Below, in pieces: positions 54,837 to 64,000 of a stretch of 64,000 bases of DNA (positions are counted from its first letter, which is position 1; every line of letters begins with the position of its first letter). The DNA comes from a virus. The stretch covers positions 39,023-103,022 of IMG/VR virus record IMGVR_UViG_3300031758_000022; one strand, 5' to 3'. The position numbers were made by a program, and so were the translations under genes. The notes under the pieces were generated by a model. It worked only from the letters and a program-made list of their open reading frames with translations, was not told the origin of the DNA and did not search any database.

Positions 54837-55544
54837 ATGTTAAACAGCACACTACAGCTTAAAGTTAAGCAAAGACTTAATAAACTTGACAGCCAGGATT
54901 ATGAAAATCTTGAGTGCTGGCAAATTATTGAGGCTTTTAATAAAGCTCAAATTGAGTGGGTCCGTAGACAAATTATGGGCCGTAATATGTCTCAAGAGGG
55001 TGCTGAACAAACAGTAAGGAAAGTAGATGACCTACAGAATCTTTTAACACCGGTTCCTCTTACATCTATTAGTGCAGGTGCCTATTATGAAACTGAACCA
55101 TTACCTAGTAATTACCTTGAGTTTCATAAAATAGATATTGAAGCAACTAAAGACAATTGCTGCACAGAGCCTAAAAAAATGATTGTTTATCTTGTTGAAG
55201 AAGCTAATAGTAGTATTCTTCAAAGGGATGAACTACGCCAACCTAACTTTGAGTGGGGAGAAACTTTCTGCACAATAGTAAATAATAGAATAAGAGTCTA
55301 TACAAATTCTGACTTTACCGTTAGTTCTATAACTCTTCTTTATTATAGAAAGCCTATAAACATTCAAATTATTGGTTGCGGAGATCCTTATACAGGACTA
55401 ATATCAGCAACAGATATTTCATGTGAATTTAGAGATGATATTACTGAAATACTAATTGACTCTGCAGCTTCCATTATGGCGGGTGACATTGAATCCTTTA
55501 GTCAACAATCAAGAACATCTCAATCTTCAGAAACTAACACATAA
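54837..55544 (+). CDS. Head-tail adaptor / tail ring protein
   Basis: NKAQ..W, DDL..L, LP.NY, Y.RKP, EILID.AA pattern of crAss-like ring proteins. Confidence 0.65.
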   Translation: MLNSTLQLKVKQRLNKLDSQDYENLECWQIIEAFNKAQIEWVRRQIMGRNMSQEGAEQTVRKVDDLQNLLTPVPLTSISAGAYYETEPLPSNYLEFHKIDIEATKDNCCTEPKKMIVYLVEEANSSILQRDELRQPNFEWGETFCTIVNNRIRVYTNSDFTVSSITLLYYRKPINIQIIGCGDPYTGLISATDISCEFRDDITEILIDSAASIMAGDIESFSQQSRTSQSSETNT

Positions 55545-55546
55545 TA

Positions 55547-56089
55547 ATGGATACTATAAAAAGACCCCTAAAATCTAATTCTGTTGCTGGAAAGAACATC
55601 CTTCTTTCTAATGAATGTCTTAGTTACCTTAACTACCGTATTCAGCAAGAAGAGTTTTCTTCTAGAATGTATTTGGCAATGTCTATGTGGCTTGATAATA
55701 ACGGTTATGTAAATGCAGCTAAACTTTGGAAGAACTATTCTAATGAAGAGCTTGCACATGCAGATTGGTCTAGAACCTATATATTGTCAATGGGTGTTCA
55801 GCCAAGTACTCCAAAGCTAGATCAGCCCGGAGAAACTTTCTCTGGATTACCACAGATTATCAAAGACTCATATGAGCATGAGATTGATATTACTAAACAG
55901 ATTAAAGACTTGGCAGATGATTCCTTTAAGAAAGGAGATCATATGCTATATGAACTAGCTCTTAAGTTCTTAAAAGAACAAGTAGAAGAGCACAACAAGA
56001 TGCAAAACTGGATTGACCAGCTTAATGCATTTGGTGAAGATAAAATTGCAATGCGTCTTTTGGACCATGAGATGAAAGATTATTTATAA
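55547..56089 (+). CDS. ftnA: Ferritin (FtnA-like)
   Basis: E..SS..YLAMS.W, EELAHA, YEHE..IT, FLKEQVEE ferroxidase ligands. Confidence 0.88.
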   Translation: MDTIKRPLKSNSVAGKNILLSNECLSYLNYRIQQEEFSSRMYLAMSMWLDNNGYVNAAKLWKNYSNEELAHADWSRTYILSMGVQPSTPKLDQPGETFSGLPQIIKDSYEHEIDITKQIKDLADDSFKKGDHMLYELALKFLKEQVEEHNKMQNWIDQLNAFGEDKIAMRLLDHEMKDYL

Positions 56090-56159
56090 AAATTTGGAAG
56101 CTATAGAAAGTTTTCATATATTGAAGTATAATTGTTTGTAACCTTTAAATTTTAAAAAA

Positions 56160-57452
56160 ATGGCATATTTTAATCACGCCTTTAATAAGGTGTTTGTTGG
56201 AACCAGTGGTTTTTACACTGGTGTAGGTGCTAAGACCACCGATTTGGCAAAAGGAGATTTTACTTTTGTTAATCCTGAGACATGGACTGTAGTTGATGTA
56301 GACGGTCCTACTGATGTTAAATGTCCACTAGTTCTTGTAGCAGGTTCAATTTATCAAAATGATAAAATTGGACCTTTTCACGGTGGATATAAGGAGACTG
56401 ATAAATCTAAAATTATCAACCCTAAGTACATCAGTCGTTTTTATCGTGTAGATCCATGTACACCACAAAATCAGACTATCTCTATTGGTACAACTCCTTG
56501 GACTATACAAGAAGGTGTTGAACTAGAGTGTGTAATTCCTGGAGTTACTCAAAAAGATTTCCTTTGTGGAGAAACTTACTACCTACGTGTAGATTTGAAA
56601 GGTTCTCCAGTATTGCGTTTCCTTAGCCGTAACTCATATTTTACTGCTGATGCTTATACTGGCTGTTGTGATGCAGGCGCACTTGCACCTACTCCAGTAG
56701 ACCCAACTACAGTATATATCCTATGGGCTAAGCAATTGCTTAACAGCCCTTTGATCAATGCGTTTATCAACATTACTATATTTGATACAACTAACGCAGA
56801 TCTTGTTGATGGTACTTATACTATAATGACTAAGGATAATGTTAATGATCCTTTAGCTCCTTGGAATACTTACACTCCTGTGGCTGGTGCTACTGGTCTT
56901 GAGGCAGGTATGTATATCACTGGTGCTTATGTAGATACTCGTTTTGGAGATTGCACTTTCTACCCAAATGATTCAGTTCTTGCTCACGTTGAGCCTGTTA
57001 AAATCTATGCTTCAGAAGTAGATTATACTGGTGATCCATGTGAGTTTGCAAATCTTTGTGTATCTAATGTGTGTCTTCCAATTCAAGGAGCAGGTTATGG
57101 TGAAAATGTAATACGTGAGCTTATTCTTTCTCAAGGATATTCTCAGTCTCCATTCTACACTGGAACTGATCTACGTGTACGTGAGATTACTCAAGGTTAT
57201 GATGTGACTGACACAATTGACCGTGATGCTCAATACTACAGATATTTCATTCAGCACAGTGTTCCTCGCTTTAATAACCCAACTGGTACTTTTGATAATG
57301 ATCAGTACTTGCTTGAAATTATTGCTGTAGCACAACTTAATGACTTTGAAAACTTTATGGCTCTGTGGTTGGCTAATTCTGGTTCAAACTGTACTGAACT
57401 TGATACATTTACATGCCCTGAAGCTTGTGTAGTTCCATACACAGTAGGATAA
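56160..57452 (+). CDS. Abundant structural protein (crAss-like auxiliary capsid/tail family)
   Basis: High-expression codon usage, own promoter-like leader and terminator; Y.LR.D and Y..Y.I.H motifs. Confidence 0.6.
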   Translation: MAYFNHAFNKVFVGTSGFYTGVGAKTTDLAKGDFTFVNPETWTVVDVDGPTDVKCPLVLVAGSIYQNDKIGPFHGGYKETDKSKIINPKYISRFYRVDPCTPQNQTISIGTTPWTIQEGVELECVIPGVTQKDFLCGETYYLRVDLKGSPVLRFLSRNSYFTADAYTGCCDAGALAPTPVDPTTVYILWAKQLLNSPLINAFINITIFDTTNADLVDGTYTIMTKDNVNDPLAPWNTYTPVAGATGLEAGMYITGAYVDTRFGDCTFYPNDSVLAHVEPVKIYASEVDYTGDPCEFANLCVSNVCLPIQGAGYGENVIRELILSQGYSQSPFYTGTDLRVREITQGYDVTDTIDRDAQYYRYFIQHSVPRFNNPTGTFDNDQYLLEIIAVAQLNDFENFMALWLANSGSNCTELDTFTCPEACVVPYTVG

Positions 57453-57470
57453 TAAATAAGTAATAATCAT

Positions 57471-57516
57471 AAAAGGGAGAGGGAGCCACAAAACTCTCCT
57501 CTCCCTTTTTATTTTT
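57471..57516 (+). terminator. Intrinsic terminator
   Basis: GGGAGAGG/CCTCTCCC stem plus T-run. Confidence 0.8.
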
Positions 57517-57522
57517 GCACAC

Positions 57523-58083
57523 ATGGAAAAACATCAGTTAGCTTTAGATATTCCGGATACACTAAGTAAGTGTATTTTTCGCATTGTAGATGCTAGTATC
57601 TACAGTGATGTAGCACCAGTTGAATGTGCTAAACTGCATATAACACCTCCAGGATTTACAACAACTTATGACATTACAGATCTTCAACCAGCATTTTTTG
57701 AAAACATTAGTGCTTGTGATCTAGGACTACAGACTGCAAATTGTGGAAATACCTACAATGATTTTGCAGATGGTGTCTATGTTGTACGTTATAGTGTAAG
57801 TCCAAATGATATTGTTTATGTAGAATACAATCATTTACGTGTAACAGTAGCATTGAATAAAATAAATGATTTACTTTGCTGTATGGATGTTCAAGGATGT
57901 GAGCCGCAAGGTCCTCTTAAAGAAAAACTTAGAGAGGTACAATTGCTTCAGACCCTTTTAAAAGCAGCCAAAGCAAAAGTAGAATATTGCCATACTCCAG
58001 GACAAGGAATGGACATTTACAATTATGTTATGAAAAGACTAAACAAACTGTCCTGTGGATGCGGTTGCAGCTCTTGCCAATGA
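57523..58083 (+). CDS. Structural protein
   Basis: DAS.Y, ITPPGF, DGVY.VRYSV.P. Confidence 0.55.
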   Translation: MEKHQLALDIPDTLSKCIFRIVDASIYSDVAPVECAKLHITPPGFTTTYDITDLQPAFFENISACDLGLQTANCGNTYNDFADGVYVVRYSVSPNDIVYVEYNHLRVTVALNKINDLLCCMDVQGCEPQGPLKEKLREVQLLQTLLKAAKAKVEYCHTPGQGMDIYNYVMKRLNKLSCGCGCSSCQ

Positions 58084-58105
58084 TAATTTTTAAAACCAAC
58101 ATATC

Positions 58106-58288
58106 ATGAGTAAATGCCCAAACTGTGGTGCTACATTAACATGTGGCTGCCAAAAAAGAAAATTAGCAGATGGTAAAACTGGATGTAACAAGTGTGCAGC
58201 CGGAATAACAACTGCTAAAGAAGCACCAAAACCGACACCTAGTCAAAGCACAAAACCGACTGTTAATTCAGTCAAAATAAACCCATAA
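58106..58288 (+). CDS. Small Cys-rich (metallothionein-like) protein
   Basis: CPNCG...CGCQ....G..GC.KC. Confidence 0.55.
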   Translation: MSKCPNCGATLTCGCQKRKLADGKTGCNKCAAGITTAKEAPKPTPSQSTKPTVNSVKINP

Positions 58289-58292
58289 AGAA

Positions 58293-60407
58293 ATGATTGT
58301 AAGGTCATACTCATTATTCTTGCCATCTAGTACTGATGATCCACTTTTCATTTCAGATGATTTTGGACAGACATGGACTAATATTAGTCCTAATGGGCTA
58401 GTATTTGCCGGCTACAGCAATACAGCAAGTATTTCAGTTGATCCTTACAATAGTTATAATTCTGTAATAACAATTGGTCCCCAGGTATTTAAGTCAATAG
58501 ATGGTGGATATAACTATTCTATTTCAACCGGTGCTGGAAGTGCTAATGGATTTCATAGATCTTTTCATAAAGATTCAACACATGTAATTCTTGTTGGTGA
58601 TACCATAGGTTTATCAACAGATGGTGGTAGTACATTTACTAACTATGGTTATGATCCTGTAGTAGAATATGGGCCAACAATGGTTTCTCCATCACTTCTA
58701 TTTATAAGAAGTGTTTATTTTGAAAATGTTGCAGTTGGTTATATGAATATATATGACAAACTCTACAGATCAGGAGATGGTGGTATTACATGGACAGTAA
58801 TATATGGGGATAATCCTATTGAAACAGGTTTTCCAATTACAGGTATATCTTCTCTAGGAGATTATATTACTGTAATTAATGGTAATGGTATTTATCATAG
58901 TTCTGATTCTGGTGTAACATTTAATTTAGTTGAGGGACCTTTTGCTGCGGGCACACCCAGTGATGACAACGCTTTAAATAATCCTTGGCGTGTTTCTTCT
59001 ACTCTATATGCTACAGAGAATTCTGGTTCTGGCACCAATGTTTATAAGAGTATAGATTATGGTGCTACTTGGACATTAGTTGGAACTACTCCTAGTATTA
59101 CATATATTGATTCTGTTCATGCTTATTCTACTACAAATTTATATGTAGTTAATGGTGTAGGACCAGCAGATATATATACATCTACGGATAGTTTCTCTAC
59201 TAGTACTATAACACTATCTACACTAAACAGAACAGTTGCTAATGATTCTGGTTATGCCTATGATTGTGGTGAGTGCCCAAATGTAAAATTTACATATAAT
59301 CCAGTTACAGAGCAATGTGAACTAGTAGAAGAAATTACTATCTGTAATATGGGTTATCTATATGATCCTATTACAAAAACATGTATAAGCTCTACTGATC
59401 CTGAAGATGTTTATACACCTTCACTGTGTCCTCCTGACTGTACAACTACTTTAGGAGATGACCAGAGAGGCCGTTGTGAGTGTATTGAAATAGCTTCTTT
59501 TATACCATGCTGTTACAGACTTGATGATTGTGCTGAAGTATTACCATCAATAATTACACAAACAGATCTGTCTGATTATGCATTGGCAGCAAATGTTTTA
59601 AATATTGAAGGTTCTGATGCATGTTGGACTGTTACTAAAATTGAAGATTCTCTTTGTTCTGAGAATGTAGATGTAATAGTTACAGAAGTATTTGAATCAT
59701 GCTTAACATGTAATCCTTCATATACTTTGTATAATTGTAGGGATAACAGTGTGACTATTGATACTGCAGTAGATTTTTCTGAAAGTCTTACTAAAACTGT
59801 TAAGCTTGTTGAGTATCCTGGTGAATGCTGGCAAGTAGGCCCAAATACTAAAGCTGAGTTTGAGCCAGTTATTGTTACATTGGCAACAGAATTTCAATCT
59901 TGTGCTGTTTGTAATCCTCCATTGTATCAGTTAAATAACTGTTTCAATGATGATAGTTTTATTATTACTGATTCAGATCTTTTGAATCTTATAGGAAAGA
60001 CTATTAGTATTCAGGGTTATCCTGGTCTATGTTTTACAGTTACTGAACCAACATGTCAATGCTTGTCTATTACTCTTGTAATTGATGGGGATACTGAAAT
60101 ATTTATTGTAAATGCTTCTACTGCTTTAGTCAATGGAAGATATCAGTATGTTTTTAGTTTTTCAGGAACCAATTATTTTATTGCATGGGATATCACTCTG
60201 ACTAGATGGGAATTATACAATAGTGATACAGCTACACTATTAGCATATTCACCTGTTGATTTAAAATGTATATACTCATCTTACTGGATTATTGTAACAG
60301 GTGTTGATTCAGTTGTAACAGCTAGTTGTTCAGATATTCTGTATGATATTGTTGTTGATGAAGTATTTTCTAACTGTGAATGCTGCACTACTAAAAATTG
60401 TAAATAA
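58293..60407 (+). CDS. BNR/Asp-box beta-propeller plus Cys-rich repeat tail protein
   Basis: Multiple S.DGG.T(W/F) boxes; three ~65-aa Cys repeats. Confidence 0.75.
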   Translation: MIVRSYSLFLPSSTDDPLFISDDFGQTWTNISPNGLVFAGYSNTASISVDPYNSYNSVITIGPQVFKSIDGGYNYSISTGAGSANGFHRSFHKDSTHVILVGDTIGLSTDGGSTFTNYGYDPVVEYGPTMVSPSLLFIRSVYFENVAVGYMNIYDKLYRSGDGGITWTVIYGDNPIETGFPITGISSLGDYITVINGNGIYHSSDSGVTFNLVEGPFAAGTPSDDNALNNPWRVSSTLYATENSGSGTNVYKSIDYGATWTLVGTTPSITYIDSVHAYSTTNLYVVNGVGPADIYTSTDSFSTSTITLSTLNRTVANDSGYAYDCGECPNVKFTYNPVTEQCELVEEITICNMGYLYDPITKTCISSTDPEDVYTPSLCPPDCTTTLGDDQRGRCECIEIASFIPCCYRLDDCAEVLPSIITQTDLSDYALAANVLNIEGSDACWTVTKIEDSLCSENVDVIVTEVFESCLTCNPSYTLYNCRDNSVTIDTAVDFSESLTKTVKLVEYPGECWQVGPNTKAEFEPVIVTLATEFQSCAVCNPPLYQLNNCFNDDSFIITDSDLLNLIGKTISIQGYPGLCFTVTEPTCQCLSITLVIDGDTEIFIVNASTALVNGRYQYVFSFSGTNYFIAWDITLTRWELYNSDTATLLAYSPVDLKCIYSSYWIIVTGVDSVVTASCSDILYDIVVDEVFSNCECCTTKNCK

Positions 60408-61282
60408 TGAATTCATTTACCTGCATAACACTTACTAGTTGTCAAACAGATAATTCTGTTTACATAACTACCATTACTGGCTCTGATGTAGATCTTTATT
60501 TTCAAGATGAGTTAGGTAATGTTGTTCAAGTAACTGATCCAGAGAACTTTCCTGATATCTACTATACAGTAGATTCACTATGTGCTAGTTTTCAAGTGAT
60601 TCCTGGATCAGCATGCGAAACTTGTTTTTTAAATGCAGTTAATATAGATCTTAACTATGTTACATCAACAGGTTCTGATAGTTGTCCTATAAATACAGCA
60701 TACGTTCTTGTTAATTGTAAAGCTGGTAATATTGTAATAGATGCTCCAGCAGATTTAATACAAAGTGCATCAACAGTACTTGTTACATCATCAGATCTTG
60801 CATTATATGTAGGATCTGTTGTAAACATTGCTGAGTATCCTAATAACTGCTATACTGTTTTTGGACCGTATACAGAAGATACGGGATGCCCTTGTGATTA
60901 TTATACAGTTACAGATGCTTATAAAGATTGTGAATGTTGTCTTCCTGCAGCACCTGTTGTATTTACAAGAACAACTCAGCAACCTGTAAAGAAGTTCTAT
61001 CATATAACTGATACAGAGTGTGAGATTAGAGTTAATACAAGATTTGCTGATAACTACTACAGATTGTTTCAGGGTCTTAAATATGGCCTTAAAAACTGTT
61101 GTGGTGATGTGAACTTTGATAAACTATGGATTACTAAAGAACTTTCAGATTATTCTTTGATTAATCCACCAGACGCATGTGTACCTGTAGTAACTACTGT
61201 TGTAGTTGATACTTGTCCTACAGCTACTATTGTAACATGTGATATTCCTACTGATGTTTCAGGAACAGGTGATTTCACATAA
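60407..61282 (+). CDS. Cys-rich tail protein
   Basis: Contains the same Cys repeat; KYG..NCC. Confidence 0.6.
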   Translation: MNSFTCITLTSCQTDNSVYITTITGSDVDLYFQDELGNVVQVTDPENFPDIYYTVDSLCASFQVIPGSACETCFLNAVNIDLNYVTSTGSDSCPINTAYVLVNCKAGNIVIDAPADLIQSASTVLVTSSDLALYVGSVVNIAEYPNNCYTVFGPYTEDTGCPCDYYTVTDAYKDCECCLPAAPVVFTRTTQQPVKKFYHITDTECEIRVNTRFADNYYRLFQGLKYGLKNCCGDVNFDKLWITKELSDYSLINPPDACVPVVTTVVVDTCPTATIVTCDIPTDVSGTGDFT

Positions 61283-61320
61283 TACTTTGATATTGATTAA
61301 AATTTAAGTAAATTAAAGAT

Positions 61321-62850
61321 ATGGCACTACCTATTCAATCTAATAGCACCCAAGAAGGATGCAATCCAATTTCTTCAAACTGTGTCATCTGGCAGGGTCC
61401 AGATATTCCTTGCATTAACTTATGCAATGGTGATACTGTTAGTGATGTTGTTGCAAAGCTTGCAGAAAAGCTTTGTACACTTTTGGATCAGACTACAATT
61501 TCAGCATATGACTTGTCATGCTTTAATCCACTATGTCCTAATCCTACTGATTTTCAGGCTCTTATACAAGTAATTCTTGATAAGATATGTGCTCTTGAAA
61601 ATGTTCCTCCCGCTTCTGTTGTAGGAGCAGGATGTCCTGATGACTGTATAGTTACTGTTGCAACTTGCCTTCAAGGTAAAGATTTTCTAGGAGATACCAT
61701 TACTACTCTACCACTTAAAGATTATGTGATTAGAATTGGTAATGAAATCTGTTCTATTCTTACTGCAATCACAACTATCAACGCTGACATTACAGACTTA
61801 CAAGATAGAGTAACTTATATTGAAGATAACTGCTGTAATACTCCAACACAACCTACAGTACCCTCTACAAGTTGTATTAGCGGTGCTACAGGAATGCCTA
61901 TTGTATCTTTTGCTGTTCAACTTGAAACAGCATTCTGTGCATTACAAACAGAACTAGGTGATATGGGAAATGCAATAGCTGCTCAGTGTATAGCAAATGC
62001 AGATCCTCAACTTGGAGTATATCCTGCAACTACAGCTATGTCTGCTCTTGCTCCCAATTGGATTCTGTCACCAGCTTCTTTATCAGAAGCTGTTCAAAAT
62101 CTTTGGGTAGCTCTTTGTGATACTAGAGATGCTGTATCAACTCTTCAAGGGTTGGTTACAACTTTACAAGCAGATCTTGCAGCATGTTGTTCTCCAACTT
62201 GTGCTGATATTGTCTGGAGCTATGTAGCAACCGGTATTCAAGCTTCTAAAAATATTAAGGTATATCTATCAGGAGCAGTTCCTGCTGGATTTACTTATTG
62301 CGGTGGTGGTTCCACAGGAGATGTTATTGTAACAGATGCTTTTGGTAATAGTTTTACTTTTACTGAAGATGTTCTTGATAGTATTAATACAGGAGCGGTT
62401 ATCACTCTTGATGCTAGTTCTGCAGGAGCTCTATCTGAAAACTCTGTGCACTATGATGTACAAATAGACATGTGTCTAACAGATGGTACTTTAACATGTA
62501 ACTCTTCAAGATACTATTCTTTCTATAACTCAGCATGGTGTACTGACAGAAACCCACAAGCCACAAGCACAAGTGATGGTCAAGTTGATATTACATGGAA
62601 CAGTGCTACTACAGCTCCTGAAACAACTGATTATTTAGTTACATTGTATACTACTCCGTTTACGACAGGTGGTGGTGTATTTGTAGGATCAGATCTTCAA
62701 AGCTACAGTGCTTCTGGATTAAGGACTTCTAGTTTTACAGGCCTTACTGGAGGAAATCTTTATAGAGCAGTAGTTAGATCTACACAGAATGGTAAATACA
62801 TTGATTGTGAAACTAGTACAGTTGTTTGTGTAACAGCACCATTACCATAA
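61321..62850 (+). CDS. Cys-rich tail fibre-like protein with coiled coils and C-terminal FN3-like domain
   Basis: C...SSNCVIWQGPDI; coiled segments; ITW...Y.V...FTGL.....Y...VR. Confidence 0.65.
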   Translation: MALPIQSNSTQEGCNPISSNCVIWQGPDIPCINLCNGDTVSDVVAKLAEKLCTLLDQTTISAYDLSCFNPLCPNPTDFQALIQVILDKICALENVPPASVVGAGCPDDCIVTVATCLQGKDFLGDTITTLPLKDYVIRIGNEICSILTAITTINADITDLQDRVTYIEDNCCNTPTQPTVPSTSCISGATGMPIVSFAVQLETAFCALQTELGDMGNAIAAQCIANADPQLGVYPATTAMSALAPNWILSPASLSEAVQNLWVALCDTRDAVSTLQGLVTTLQADLAACCSPTCADIVWSYVATGIQASKNIKVYLSGAVPAGFTYCGGGSTGDVIVTDAFGNSFTFTEDVLDSINTGAVITLDASSAGALSENSVHYDVQIDMCLTDGTLTCNSSRYYSFYNSAWCTDRNPQATSTSDGQVDITWNSATTAPETTDYLVTLYTTPFTTGGGVFVGSDLQSYSASGLRTSSFTGLTGGNLYRAVVRSTQNGKYIDCETSTVVCVTAPLP

Positions 62851-62869
62851 ATAAATAAAAAAAAATAAA

Positions 62870-63421
62870 ATGAGTTGTACTTCATGTGGTTCTACAAATA
62901 CTAGCTGTGGGTGTAAGGATGCTCCTTACACTACAGTTAAAACATATACTTGCCCTGCTGACTCTGCATGCCCTGTACCTAGTCCTTGTTCTGAATATGT
63001 AGATACAAGATGTACCTACTATAATGGAGCAGGTATCTGGGAAATGGGAATTGAGGATGGTAGATCTCTTCAAAGTATTATTCAGCAAATGATTATACGT
63101 ACAGGAGCTGATCCAGAATGTGCTGATCCTTGTTCTACTTGTCAAGCAACATGGAATGTATTTCTAGCTTCTGCTACAAGCACTACACTGACTATTGCTT
63201 GGGAAGCTTCTGCTACTGCTAATACTTATCAAATAGAGTATCAAGCATTACCAGTTGATCCTTGTACTTTAAGTACTTGGACACTTGTTACTGCACAAAC
63301 AACTCTTACTAATACTATTGGTAGTCTTACTGCTAATACATATTATCTTGTAAGAATCAATGCTATCTGTGATACAGGCAACTGTTATTCAGTAACAATT
63401 AAAGTAAAAACTGAAGCTTAA
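62870..63421 (+). CDS. Cys-rich protein with FN3 domain
   Basis: C.EY..T.CT.Y.G; TIAW...YQIEY...L.ANT.Y.VRI.A.C. Confidence 0.7.
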   Translation: MSCTSCGSTNTSCGCKDAPYTTVKTYTCPADSACPVPSPCSEYVDTRCTYYNGAGIWEMGIEDGRSLQSIIQQMIIRTGADPECADPCSTCQATWNVFLASATSTTLTIAWEASATANTYQIEYQALPVDPCTLSTWTLVTAQTTLTNTIGSLTANTYYLVRINAICDTGNCYSVTIKVKTEA

Positions 63422-64000
63422 TGGCATCATTATCAATAACATATGTACCTCAGTATGAAGGTTGTCATAGAATCTATTTTAGATTAGATGGTAATGAAAC
63501 ATATTGTTTGTACACTGATACTTCTTTGTCTGAAATCAATGTAGAAAAAGAAGTTACAATTCCAATTACTGGTGATATAGAAACATGTCTTGGTATTCCA
63601 GATTTATCTTGTGTAACACAAACTGTAGAAGGATATATTCAACCGTGCTGTGCTGGCGAAAATGATGAAATATTACGTGCACCATTTAACTTTAATCCTA
63701 CACAAGTGGTATGCACAGCTTATACCGCAAGTTGTTCTGGTGCAGGTATTTCCAGAATCATTGTAACAAATCCGGGGAGTGGATATACATCTACACCAAG
63801 TGTTTCAATATTTAACTCAACTGGAGGATCTGGATTTACCTATACACTTGTAATGGACGGAGATACTGTACAAGAAGTTATTGTAAACAATTCAGGTGAT
63901 GGTTATCCATCAACATCAACAGTTTTCTTTTTACCTTCTCCTACAGGTGATAATCCTACAGCATATATTGAATTCTGTAATTGTGGACCGGATTGTGGAA
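63421..64000 (+). CDS. Tail protein with GSGY repeats (partial, runs off the right edge)
   Basis: ATG at 63421 open to the end; IIVTNPGSGYTSTPSV and VIVNNSGDGY. Confidence 0.7.
   Translation, partial: MASLSITYVPQYEGCHRIYFRLDGNETYCLYTDTSLSEINVEKEVTIPITGDIETCLGIPDLSCVTQTVEGYIQPCCAGENDEILRAPFNFNPTQVVCTAYTASCSGAGISRIIVTNPGSGYTSTPSVSIFNSTGGSGFTYTLVMDGDTVQEVIVNNSGDGYPSTSTVFFLPSPTGDNPTAYIEFCNCGPDCG

Noticed and set aside
4868-63145. Short antisense or nested ORFs from the track (e.g. 4868+, 8041+, 20488+, 29455+, 32110-, 48868-, 51081-, 62882-)
   Set aside because: They are shadows of longer, motif-bearing genes on the opposite strand or in another frame
1-64000. Stop-codon reassignment (TAG/TGA) as in some crAss-like phages
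   Set aside because: Terminase, portal, capsid and replication genes are full length in code 11; TAG and TGA end genes normally (the portal ends in TAG)

Overview
This is a 64-kb, AT-rich segment of a large lytic tailed-phage genome, most like the crAss-like (Crassvirales-related) phages of Bacteroidota; all calls come from reading motifs by eye, with no searches run. Two divergent arms meet at about 30.6 kb. The left arm (minus strand) carries replication, recombination and repair genes (DnaB helicase, primase, Sak4-like ATPase, RuvC, Ung, SF2 helicase, HNH), three separate AAA+/VWA gene pairs, GroES and many small early genes. The right arm (plus strand) carries tail/fibre genes, a lysis cassette, PhoH, terminase, portal, major capsid, about 12 small Lys-rich proteins, ferritin and Cys-rich tail proteins. 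TTTG-19nt-TAnnTTTG promoters support a Bacteroidota host; the code is standard code 11. The most unusual part is an unannotated non-coding RNA layer at 20-30.6 kb. It holds three tRNA-like RNAs with intact acceptor stems but non-canonical anticodon arms, a ~500-nt ornate structured RNA closed by a 9-bp stem, a twister ribozyme with an enlarged P5, two further structured RNA candidates, and six copies of a phage-specific motif (ATAACCTATTA), five preceded by hairpins with a TAAY loop.
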